Of a stretch of DNA of 64,000 bases, positions 12,384 through 22,626 are shown in pieces. The DNA comes from Mantamonas sphyraenae STR306 (Eukaryota; Protista; CRuMs). Below the pieces are notes generated by a model. The model did no database searches, was not told where the DNA came from, and saw only the letters and a program-made list of their open reading frames with translations. Location of the stretch: assembly GCA_026936335.1 (NCBI GenBank), contig JAPMXV010000015.1:124001-188000 (forward strand), written 5' to 3'. Within the stretch, counting starts at the first letter, position 1; each line of letters opens with the position of its first letter. The position numbers and the translations under genes are program-made.

Positions 12384-13706
12384 ATGAGCAGCAACAGCGA
12401 AAATGAGCAAAAGACCATTATCCACATCGGAGTTGTGGGGAGCAAAACCAGACGGACAGGACCCAACTTTGGCCAGATGGAGGACCTGCAAGGAGGAATT
12501 CGCGAGGACATCCACGCGAAAGCGCTGGTGCGCCTGGAGCCGCGAACGATGCATCTGAGCGAGTGGCATATCCGGGATATGCACGAGCACGACATGCAGC
12601 GCCAGCGGGAGTTTTCAGAGGGCAAGGTGGTGGTTGTGGAACAGCTGTCAAGCGAGAGTTTGGCGCTTGGGAAAGGCGAGGGACGCTTCATGGGCACGAG
12701 CGACAAGAACCTGTTTGGATGCTCACTGGTGCACTCGGCTCCGCAGAACGACGAGGAGAAACAAGTGCTGGAGGAGGTCAAGGGTTGGTGTGAAGAGTGG
12801 GTGGTGGTGGAGGAAAGTGACAAACCCATCTCGCGCGTGGAAGACCTGGCAGCTGGACTGGTGGACCTCGTGTTTGACAAGGTGGACAGCAGCGAAGCCG
12901 CGGCTGTGCTCTGCAACAATGTCGAAGCAGTGAAGAAGCATCTGGAGACGCGGGATGCTCGCGTGCAGCTGCTGCGCTCCATTCACCAGAAGCGTGCCAA
13001 TGCAAGCGTGGAAGCCATGCAAAAGGAGGTGGACGAAAAGGTCTCCCCCCCAGTGGTGGACATGATGCAGCTGATGTGGTACGCGGTCCGCAACGACAAC
13101 GCGGAGATTCTCGAGTTGCTGCTGGCGACATCGGAAGGGAAAAACCTGCTGGAACCGTGGGTGATGAGCTACATCCTCAGAGAGGACGCAGTGGAGTGTG
13201 CAAAGAAGGTGATCGATGATCCGACAACGGGAAGGGACATGGAGTCGGCGTACGCAAACGACAGCTGGCTGGTTTCCATGTTCAAGGGCAAGCCATTGAA
13301 ACCATGGGTGCAGCTTGCACAGGGCCCAAAGATCTTCAGGTGGTTGGTGGAGAGCGGAGCCGAGGTGGAGGCTGTGCACGAGGACGACGATGGGACCAAA
13401 GTCTCCTTGCTGTGCAATGCAGTGGTGGACGGCAGCAACCTGGAGCTCGTCAAGGCCATGCTGGAGGTTCCGAGCATCGCAGAGACTGTCGACATGCAGG
13501 TCCAGAGCGTCGGCAATGCCGATGTGACGCAAGGACCGCTGCACATTGCGTGTGGACGCGGGAATCTGGAGATCGCCGAGGCACTGATCAACGCAGGCGC
13601 TGATGTGACTGCGGAGAACAACATGGGGCAAACCTGGGAAAGCTTTTTCACCTACAACCAGGACGCCAAGGAACGCTTGCAAAAGGTGATTGATGGGAGA
13701 AAGTGA
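12384..13706 (+). CDS. Ankyrin-repeat protein, 440 aa
   Basis: C-terminal ANK motifs (GPLHIACGRGNLEIAEALINAGADVTAENNMGQT; MWYAVRNDNAEILELLL); N-terminal domain unassigned. Confidence 0.8.
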   Translation: MSSNSENEQKTIIHIGVVGSKTRRTGPNFGQMEDLQGGIREDIHAKALVRLEPRTMHLSEWHIRDMHEHDMQRQREFSEGKVVVVEQLSSESLALGKGEGRFMGTSDKNLFGCSLVHSAPQNDEEKQVLEEVKGWCEEWVVVEESDKPISRVEDLAAGLVDLVFDKVDSSEAAAVLCNNVEAVKKHLETRDARVQLLRSIHQKRANASVEAMQKEVDEKVSPPVVDMMQLMWYAVRNDNAEILELLLATSEGKNLLEPWVMSYILREDAVECAKKVIDDPTTGRDMESAYANDSWLVSMFKGKPLKPWVQLAQGPKIFRWLVESGAEVEAVHEDDDGTKVSLLCNAVVDGSNLELVKAMLEVPSIAETVDMQVQSVGNADVTQGPLHIACGRGNLEIAEALINAGADVTAENNMGQTWESFFTYNQDAKERLQKVIDGRK

Positions 13707-13747
13707 GGTGAAGGGAGGAATGGGAGAAAAGCCTTTCCCTCCAATCA

Positions 13748-15782
13748 TCACCCGTATCTGCGTTGAGCCATCCACACTTTGTACCTGTCCAGCGTATTCT
13801 GAACCCCCATACCAAGTCGTCCAGCCGTGTCCAGCTCGTCCTCGCTCGGCCATGGCAGCTCAACGCTCGTGCGATGACGCTCGACATTGCCCCGAAACTG
13901 CAAATTGTACTCTGTTGGCGCTGTACGAGGGCTGCTGACCACCACCTTTGGCTGTGATGCCGACTTTGGCTGCTGTGCTGCTTCTTCCATCTTGCGTGCC
14001 CTACGCGGGGTGCGCACCACAATCGGCTCTGGATCGCCAAAGAAGTGTTGGTGTGCAGGCGAGTATGGCCAATGCTCCGCTGATGCCAGCTTGTAAGACT
14101 GCTCATCCCTCTCCTCTTGCTCTTCCTCCTGTTGATCCTGTACACCTCCCTCCTCCTCCTCCTCCTCCACCTCCACATTCTTCTGCTGCTGTTCAGCATG
14201 GCTTGACCGATCCACGTCCAAAGCCGGAATCTCAGATGGTGTTTCCTTCCCCCATGCCATTCTCGTCTCCACAACAGGTGCAGCCCTCTGTATAATTGTT
14301 GTCTGCGCGTCTGCGTCGATCTGATCATCCACAACCTCCCCGTTCACAACATCCAGTACCATCCCCTTCCCCTTCTGTTCTGTCTCCTCAATTTCCTCCT
14401 CCTTTGGCACCTCTTCTTCCTCTTCCTCCTCATTCTGCAATCCCTCCACCTCCAGCACCTCGAGCATTGCGGCGTATTTTTCTGCCAACCTGCTCACCTC
14501 ACGGTCACCTTCCTCACCGGACGCCTTGCGCACCTCCTTGCGCATGAGCTTCTGTACATTGTCCGGCAAGTGGGCAACGACGTCGTCTGTGTCGAGCAGA
14601 TAGGCAAGCAACTGCGTGGGTGTGGCTCGCTCGTGCGAACGCAACTGCAGCATGCGATGCAACACTGCCAGCATCTGCCCTCCTGTCTCCTGGTAGCCCA
14701 TCTGATGAAGCGAGTGCACCTGTTCGTCCGTGGATAATCGCGGTTGACCCTCGAGGATAGCGCTTCGAGTGCGCAGGTTGTCGCCCTCGTGATCAAACGG
14801 CCGGTGCAGAAAGAGCATTTCGTACCACAGCACACCAAGAGACCACACGTCGGTAAGGTGTGTGTAGCGTAGCCTAGAGACCATTTCGGGGCTCTGATAG
14901 CTGAGAGTGCCAAAATGGTGGCCGTTCTTCTGCAGGCCCAAGACCTGCCAGCGGCGACCCAGCTCCATGTAGCTCACGCCAAAGTCGGCCAGCTTGAGCA
15001 CGCCCTGGGAATTGATGTACACGTTGGATGCCTTGATGTCCCTGTGGATGATGCGTTTGCGGTGCAGGTAGGCCAGGCCGGTGAGCAGCTGCGCGAGCAA
15101 CACCCACTGGTCGCCCTCGGCCACACACGTCTCTCGCAGCCTGTCCCGGGCATTGCGCAGACCACCCGCGCTGCCACGGGCCAGTTCGGCCACAGCACGC
15201 CGTTGCTCCGCAATCTGATCAGCCAGCGTGCCCTGGTCCATCCATTCCAGCACGAGGAACGATTCGTGCCGTTGCTCGCTGCGGAAACAGCCTGTGCCGG
15301 GAAGCCACGTCGGGTGTTAGCTCTCACACTCACACACACACACAGAGAGAGAGTGCCTTGTGCCTCCCACTTACCGTGGTACTTGATCACGTTGGGATGT
15401 TTGAGACACGCGAGCACACAGGCTTCGTGCAACAGGTTGTGTGCTCGCCCCATTTCGCTGCAACGCCTGTTCTTCAGCACCAGCTGCTTGTGAGGAACGT
15501 GTGCCGAGTCAGAGTTCCACTGCACCATTGGTGCCACACATACAATCATCCACTCTTGCCCCTGCCACTCACCTCACGGCCATCCACACGCAGTCTCGCA
15601 CGCCACACTGCGCCAAACACGCTTGTGTGCAGCTGTTCCACAAGATCAAAGCTCTTGAGATCCACTTCCATGTCCTCGTCCTCCCCCTCCCCCTCCACGT
15701 CTCCCTTCCCTCTCCTGCCACTCCTGCCCCTGCTGTCGCTTAGCCGAAGCCAGCCCGGTTCAAGCACCAGCCTTGACGACAT
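13748..15782 (-). CDS. Ser/Thr protein kinase, NEK-like; complement(join(13748..15291,15375..15483,15573..15782))
   Basis: LVLK, HEACVLACLKHPNVIKYHG, HRDIKASN, LKLADFG, GTLSYQSPE and DVWSLG motifs; two introns with matching phases; acidic disordered C-terminal tail. Confidence 0.88.
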
Positions 15783-15977
15783 GGTTTTGCTCTGGGCCAC
15801 ACGGGGACCTTTTGCCAAATCCCATCAGCCATCCCTTCAGTTCCGATCCGTTATCCTCTTTCCTCTCTCTTCTCTCTCTCCAATGATTTCCTCATCCAAC
15901 CATCCATCGATGCCTCGGGTCCAACAAACAAAACCGATTCGGCGCCGCTGACCCCACCCCCCCGTGCGGTGAGACCC

Positions 15978-18900
15978 ATGAGCCAGGAGATCGACTTGTG
16001 GGACCTTCGGGCGTACAATGCGCTCATTGGACCTCACGTGGCTCTGTACGACATGGCCTTTGGCGAGAGCATGATGCTGATTGTGCCCGTGGAGGACCCG
16101 CGCTCGACGCTGGGCCAGGACGAGCTGGAGTCGCACATGCTGTTTCCCTCTGTCGATGCACACCTTGCAGGCGAACAGAGTATAACCATGGTGGCGTTGG
16201 ATGGCTCCCTGGTCTCCCTGGATGTCGCCGAGCGAATGGTGGAGCGTGTGGACAATGTCGGCCAACGAGTGCAGCGACGCCTGCTGCAGGAGGAAACAGT
16301 GTACAATGCAAAGGCCCAAAAGATGCGCGTGCTGCTCATTGACAAGCCTCTGGACGTGCCAAACACCGATTCGGACCTCTCTGCCTCCCATGCAACAGAG
16401 GCAAAGGAACCTGCGACGGCAAGCAGGAGCCGAGGGCGCCAGTCGTCGGCCGACGCAGAAATGGAGGGAGAACTGAGGCAGCTGATGGGCAAAACGCCAC
16501 AGGAGGTGGCGTCGTTCCTCTTTAGCACCTTTTCCGCCTCGCAAAAGGTGTTGGGACGCATGGACGAGCAGCTGCAGGCGTTGCTGGCCCACGACGACTG
16601 GGAGCACTTTTTGCTGGAGGACGAGGTGGAGGACGCCGACGACGAACTCCTGTGGATAATGGAACAGGCTGGAAACCAGGCGGCGGTGGCACTTGCGGCT
16701 CGACGGCTTCACAAGCTGGTGGACGACGCTCGTGGGGCCCTGACAAACGTGTCCACTTCATCCAGCCGCAGCAGCAGCAAGGACACACGTGTGGAAGTCC
16801 TCACGCGTGCATTGGAGGCGTATGTCATGCAACAGGCCAACCATGCTGTCTTTGCACAGCTGTGTGCGCGTCACGCACGCACAGAAGAAGCGCTGCAGCG
16901 TAGCATCGAGCGTCTCGTGCACCTGGACATGGACACGTTTGGCATCCCGTTTGACGTCCAATGCGATGTGGATGCCACTGTGGATCTGCTCATGCAAATC
17001 CAGGCGTGTCCGTCGCCTGTGGAGAAGCTGCAGGCTGTGGAGGAGGCTACGCTGACACTGGTCACCACTGCCGAGGAACACGTGCAGCGTAGTGGACAAC
17101 AACGCCTTGTTTCTGGCGACGATCTGCTCATGCTCATGGCCTACTGTGTGGTTCACTCTGGCCTGTCCCATCTCCATGCCACCGTCACCTTTGTCGAGTT
17201 TTTCGTCCTCAGCACCGTCAGCGACCAGCAGCGCTACTGCCTGGCCAACCTCGACTCCTGCCTTGTGTATCTGCAGGGATTGTACAGCACCCACGCGGGT
17301 GGCGATGACGATGACGATGAGCATGCAGGGGACGACAGCAATGACATCGGCCACAATGGCCGTCGTCGCCTGCTTGAACGCACATCCTCATCCTCCTTGC
17401 AACAACGTCATCGTCGCTGGGCATCCTCCGACGACACTTTGTCCTCGCCTGTGTTTCCACTGCGTTCACAGCCGTCGTCATCGTCGTCGCGACGGCACCG
17501 TGGACGCGTGTGGTCGTGGGGAGCCTTGGATGTGGCCATGCTGGGTGTGGGCGATCGCAAACAGAGTCTGTCGGCCGCACGTGCCGAGCTCCGATGTATG
17601 GCTGTGCGTGGTGATATGCCCGACAGCGAACGAGTCGTCGACGTGGCCGGTGGATTCAACCATGTCATCTTGCTCACTCACACAGGCAATGTGTACGCCT
17701 TTGGCTGGAACCAATGTGGCCAGTGTGGCATCGAGACCACATCAACTTCATCATCATCATCCTCCGATTCCCTCCCATCTTCATTATTGCCCGCTGGCAC
17801 AGACGACAGCGACGACGCCGACGACGATGTGGCCCAGCCCACTCGACTGACATGGTTCCACCAGCAACGCGTGGTGACCCTCATTGCTGCTGGCGGTAAC
17901 CATTCCCTCTTTGTCACCGACGATGGCCACGTGTGGGCCTGTGGCGACAATTCGCACGGCCAATGCGGAGTCCAGGGCAACTCCACCCTCGCCATGCCCA
18001 CCCTTGTCACTCGCTTCCTCGACGGCGACGGCGCTGTCGTGGACAAAGGTGCCGTCACACAGTTGGCCTGTGGTGCCTCTCACTCTGCGGTGGTCAATGC
18101 CCAGGGCCACGTGTTTACCATGGGCCGTGGCACACATGGGCGATTGGGGCAAGGCAGTGGCATCAAGCAATCGGTGACGGTCCCCACACGCGTCGAATCG
18201 CTCTCCAATGTGCTCAAGGCGTCGTGTGGCTCGTCGCACACACTGTTCCTCACCCAACAGGGCCAAGTGTTCACATGCGGCAAGGGCATGTTGCTGGGAC
18301 ACGGCCAGGACATGGCAGACGAGTGGACACCACGTCTGCTGGAATCCCTCAGTGACATCCGTGTCATTGACATATGTGCAGGCTTCACCTGCTCCGCCGT
18401 CGTCACCTCCCACTACCAGGCGTGGACATTTGGCATCAACGAAAACCTGGTGTTGGGACGACCCACAACCCAAGACGATGTCCTGGAGTGGCACGAGCTC
18501 CAACAGCAAGCATCAACCACGTACGCACCGGCAAGTGTCCTGCTGCGTGGCACTGCAACTTCCTCCTCCTCCTCAACTATCACGACTGCTAGCACATCAT
18601 CGTCATCATCATCGTCGTCATCATCAACCAACGTCCCAACCACACCGAAGAAGCAGGAGCACACTATCGATGCATCAGTCGCCCTCAATTCGCCTCTGGG
18701 ACGCAGCGACAAGCCACTGGTCGACAGATTGCAGTACGTGCTGGATCTGGGCGATGCTGACCAGGACGAAGCCCTGGACGAGGAGCTCACGTGGCTGGAA
18801 GACGAGGACGCAGACAACACCGCCGCTTCGGAACACACGACCAATCACGCATCGTCGCATGACGACGTGGATACACCCAGCCCCACACAGCACGTGTTTG

Positions 18901-19271
18901 GCACCCGTCGCACAGGAGCTGCGGGGCGGCCTCTTGCGTCACAGGACGAGGACGAGAGCATGCTCCATGCCTATTCCGAGGTCCTGCCACAGCTTGTTCC
19001 GGGTCTTCTGCACACACAAGTGACAGCCATGGCATGCGGACAAGCACACATGATGGCTCTCACACGTACCGGTGACGTGTACGTGTGGGGAAACTCTCCC
19101 TACATCAACCCCGAAGCCACTGACGACGACGACATAGAGGATGACACCACAATGACACGCAACAGCCCTTTCGACACCAGCTCTCGCTATCCTGTGCGTG
19201 TCTCAGTTCTCCAGCAGCATCGTGTGCGTCTCATCGAAGCCACACAACACATCCTCCTCGCCGTCGCCTGA
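15978..19271 (+). CDS. VPS9-domain Rab GEF with VARP-like N-terminus and C-terminal RCC1 repeats, 1097 aa
   Basis: SPVEKLQAV...SGDDLLMLMAYCVV...RYCLANL (VPS9); several RCC1 repeats (AGGNHSLFVTDDGHVWACGDNSHGQCG, ACGASHSAVV...GRLG). Confidence 0.85.
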   Translation: MSQEIDLWDLRAYNALIGPHVALYDMAFGESMMLIVPVEDPRSTLGQDELESHMLFPSVDAHLAGEQSITMVALDGSLVSLDVAERMVERVDNVGQRVQRRLLQEETVYNAKAQKMRVLLIDKPLDVPNTDSDLSASHATEAKEPATASRSRGRQSSADAEMEGELRQLMGKTPQEVASFLFSTFSASQKVLGRMDEQLQALLAHDDWEHFLLEDEVEDADDELLWIMEQAGNQAAVALAARRLHKLVDDARGALTNVSTSSSRSSSKDTRVEVLTRALEAYVMQQANHAVFAQLCARHARTEEALQRSIERLVHLDMDTFGIPFDVQCDVDATVDLLMQIQACPSPVEKLQAVEEATLTLVTTAEEHVQRSGQQRLVSGDDLLMLMAYCVVHSGLSHLHATVTFVEFFVLSTVSDQQRYCLANLDSCLVYLQGLYSTHAGGDDDDDEHAGDDSNDIGHNGRRRLLERTSSSSLQQRHRRWASSDDTLSSPVFPLRSQPSSSSSRRHRGRVWSWGALDVAMLGVGDRKQSLSAARAELRCMAVRGDMPDSERVVDVAGGFNHVILLTHTGNVYAFGWNQCGQCGIETTSTSSSSSSDSLPSSLLPAGTDDSDDADDDVAQPTRLTWFHQQRVVTLIAAGGNHSLFVTDDGHVWACGDNSHGQCGVQGNSTLAMPTLVTRFLDGDGAVVDKGAVTQLACGASHSAVVNAQGHVFTMGRGTHGRLGQGSGIKQSVTVPTRVESLSNVLKASCGSSHTLFLTQQGQVFTCGKGMLLGHGQDMADEWTPRLLESLSDIRVIDICAGFTCSAVVTSHYQAWTFGINENLVLGRPTTQDDVLEWHELQQQASTTYAPASVLLRGTATSSSSSTITTASTSSSSSSSSSSTNVPTTPKKQEHTIDASVALNSPLGRSDKPLVDRLQYVLDLGDADQDEALDEELTWLEDEDADNTAASEHTTNHASSHDDVDTPSPTQHVFGTRRTGAAGRPLASQDEDESMLHAYSEVLPQLVPGLLHTQVTAMACGQAHMMALTRTGDVYVWGNSPYINPEATDDDDIEDDTTMTRNSPFDTSSRYPVRVSVLQQHRVRLIEATQHILLAVA

Positions 19272-19335
19272 GCCCCCATTTTCAACGACAACAACAAACA
19301 CAGTCTGAAAGCAATCGTGCATTCTCCTTTCCTCG

Positions 19336-20457
19336 TCAGTTCTTCTCTGTTTCTTTGTCAAAGGCAATCTTGAGCGAAATGTCCATGGCCTTGACGCTGT
19401 GCGTGAGGGAACCGCTGCTGATAAACTGCACCCCGGTCCGCGCAATCTGGCCAATGGTGGCCAGTGTGACGTTGCCCGACGCTTCTGTCTCCACCGTGCG
19501 GCCACTCTCCTTGATGATTGCCAGGGCCTCCTCCAGCAGGGAGGTGTCCACCACCGTCCCTTCCTCCTCGTTGGCGTCCAGCTTGACAAAGTTGTCCAGC
19601 ATGATGCGGTCGATCACCTCACACTCAACTGCCTCGCGCACCTCATCCAGGTTGCGTGTTTCCACCTCGATGCGTACGTCGTAGTGCCCGCTGCGGTCCA
19701 GATACTCTCGCGACCCCTCCGCTGCCTTGGTCAACGACCCTGCAATGTCCACGTGGTTGTCCTTGATCATCACCATGTCGTAGAGACCGTACCTGTGGTT
19801 GGTGCCCCCACCCAGCTTCACAGCCAGCTTGTCTGCCACACGCAGGCCAGGCGCCGTCTTGCGTGTGTCCAGCACCTTGGTTTCTGTCCCCTTGCACTCG
19901 TTCACCATCTGCCGTGTCATTGTTGCAATCCCACTCATCCGTTGCATCAAATTCAACGCCAATCGTTCGCCTGTGCTCGTCGTCCGTCGCTGTGGCGTCA
20001 GCTACCGGTTTGCCGAATTCCACCCCTTTTCCCCGTTCGTTCCTTCCCACTCTCACCCCACCACACACACACACTCTCTCTCTTTTCCCCACTCCCCCTT
20101 TTCCTTACCCATTAGAATGTTGCGTGCGTTGCCACTCACTGTGCCAAAGTGCACCCTGTCGTCTCCGCTGGCCTCGACCCAGTCACCATCCTCCATGGTA
20201 AACTCCACCTCCAACTCGGGGTCCACAGCCCCAAACACCATCTTGGCCACCTCCAATCCAGCCAACACGCCTGTCGCCTTGGCCAAGAACCGTGCAGTCG
20301 CCTTCATGTCTTCCGGCACTGTGGACATCGACGTCAAGTCACCAATCCCTTGCAGATCCTCCTTCAACGCCGTTTCAATCAATGCCATCATCTCCATCGT
20401 CGTGCTGATCTTTCCTGTTTCATCCAACTTGGGCAGTCGCTCTTGAAAAGTAAACAT
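19336..20457 (-). CDS. QPRT: Quinolinate phosphoribosyltransferase; complement(join(19336..19970,20109..20457))
   Basis: ALKEDL..GDLTS, GERLALNLMQRMSGIAT, LDTRKTAPGLR, NHRYGLYDMVMIKDNH, IMLDN and EASGNV motifs. Confidence 0.96.
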
Positions 20458-20729
20458 GCTCGTGTGTGTGCACTCTCAACTGTGGTGGGCAGGGTGGCGC
20501 CACCTGCTCCGCATCCAACCCCTCCCCACCACCCAACCAAACCCGCTATTCATCCATGGTTCGTGTCCCCACGCACCCTCGTCCCACCTACTCTTGCTCT
20601 CTAGCCCCGCCTTGGTTCCACCGTCGTCCATCTCCTCACCAGCGACCCTTTTGTACTTACCTTTTGCCACCCTTCCCCCTTCCCCCTTCTCCCCCCCTCT
20701 ACACCCCACAGAACGGCGTCAACTGTCGC

Positions 20730-22589
20730 ATGCCTGACCGTGCTACTGCCATGCGTGACCGCTGGCTGGAAATCCTTGGTCGCACCAAAGAGATCAGCAC
20801 AGCTCTCGACGAAGCGGAAAACTCGCGCAGCGCAAACAACGGCGGACTCAAGCGAACCCTCACGGCCGTCGATCTCACCGCCATTGGCGTCGGTGTATGT
20901 TCCCTCTCCCACCCTTTTCTCGCTGCATGCCATTCCTGCGTGTTCCCATGTTCCGTGTAGCTGCATGCGCGTCCCGGCTTTGCACTTTTCTCTCCGCAAA
21001 CCCTGGATCTGACGCGCTAAACCCTCTTTGGCCGCCCCTCTGGCTGTGCACCTTTGCCGCATGCACCACAGAGCACCATCGGCGCAGGAATCTTTGTGCT
21101 GACCGGCGTGGCCGCTGCCACTGCCGCTGGACCTGGAATCATCCTGTCCTACGTCTTTGCCGGCTTTGCCTGCGTCTGTGCCGCTCTGTGCTACTCCGAG
21201 TTTGCTTCCCGTGTGCCCATTGCCGGCTCCGCATACACCTACGCCTACACCACCACGGGTGAGTTTATGGCCTGGACCATTGGTTGGAACCTGGTCCTGG
21301 AGTACACTGTGGGATGTTCCACCGTGGCCCGCGGTTGGTCCGGCTACGTCGCCACCATGTTTCACGCCATGGGTGCTCCCCTGCCCACTTGGCTCTACTC
21401 CATTCCCGTGGGCGACACAAAGTTTGACCTTTTGGCTCTTCTCATTGTCGTGCTCGTCACAGCCCTCCTGTGTCGTGGTGTCAAGGAGTCTGTGCGCTTC
21501 AACGCCATCATGGTCGTCCTCCTCCTCATGGTCATCCTCTTTGTCATCTTTGCCGGCCTGGGCTTCACCGATGCCCAACGCAACTGGGACCCATTTCTCC
21601 CCTACGGCTTTGTGGGCATCTTCCGCGGCGCCGGCCTCATCTTCTTCTCGTACATCGGCTTCGACGCCGTCACCGCCGCTGCCGAGGAGACCAAGAACCC
21701 GGCCAAGGCCATCCCTCGCGGCGTCCTCGCCTCCCTGTCCATCACAACCCTGCTGTACATGAGCCTTGCCGCCGTCCTTACTGCCATGGTCCGCTACGAC
21801 GAGATCAACCAGGAAGCCCCGCTTTCGGCCGCCTTTGCCGTCCACGGTGCCCCGTGGGCAGAGGGCATTGTTTCCGCGGGCGCCTTTATTGGCCTCACCA
21901 CAACCATTGTCGCCTTGCTGCTCTCCCAGCCACGCATTTTCTACTCCATGGCACGCGACGGCCTTCTGTGGCCCTGGTTTGGTGAGGTCTCGGAAACCAG
22001 TGGAGTGCCCGTCAAGTCCACCATTGCCACGGGCGTGGTCGCTGGATCCATGGCCTTCTTTCTGGAGATTGAAGTGCTTGCCGAAATGGTGTCCATTGGC
22101 ACGCTCATGGCGTTTAGCATCGTCTGCGCCGCCGTCCTCACCCTCCGTTACCGTGGTCCCCAGGCCACCGCACAGCGCTTCACCATCAACAACGTCATTG
22201 GCGTCCTCTGTGTCTTCTGTCTCTGCCTGGGCTTCAGCGTCACCACGGGCTCCGTCGTGCCCTCGGTCATCTTTGCCTTTATTGTACTCGCCCTGTCTGC
22301 GTACATCTTCAAGCTGCCGCAGAACACCGAAGAGGTGCCCGACGGCGTGTTCCGCACCCCATTGGTGCCTTTCATCCCCATCTGCGGCATTGTTGTCAAC
22401 CTCATCCTCATGGCCAACCTGCCCGGCGCCACGTGGATCCGTCTCCTCGTCTGGCTCGTCATCGGTTACACCATCTACTTTGGCTACGGGATCAAGCACA
22501 GCACCATTCAACGCAAGGCCAACGCAAACCAGGAGCACAGCCTCGACGGTGCCGCTCGTTGGTCCAAGCTGGATGACACTGCCCACTGA
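20730..22589 (+). CDS. Cationic amino acid transporter (APC superfamily); join(20730..20894,21072..22589)
   Basis: LKRTLTAVDLTAIGVG|STIGAGIFV, CYSEFASRVPIAGSAYTY, FFSYIGFDAV and PRIFYSMARDGLL motifs; about 14 hydrophobic helices. An alternative ATG lies at 20751. Confidence 0.93.
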
Positions 22590-22626
22590 TGAACGTTCAT
22601 TCTCTTCTTCCCTGTCCTCTCCCTCC

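Noticed and set aside
8957-12982. 1341-aa minus-strand ORF
   Set aside because: Antisense shadow of CAP-D2 caused by GC-rich codon usage.
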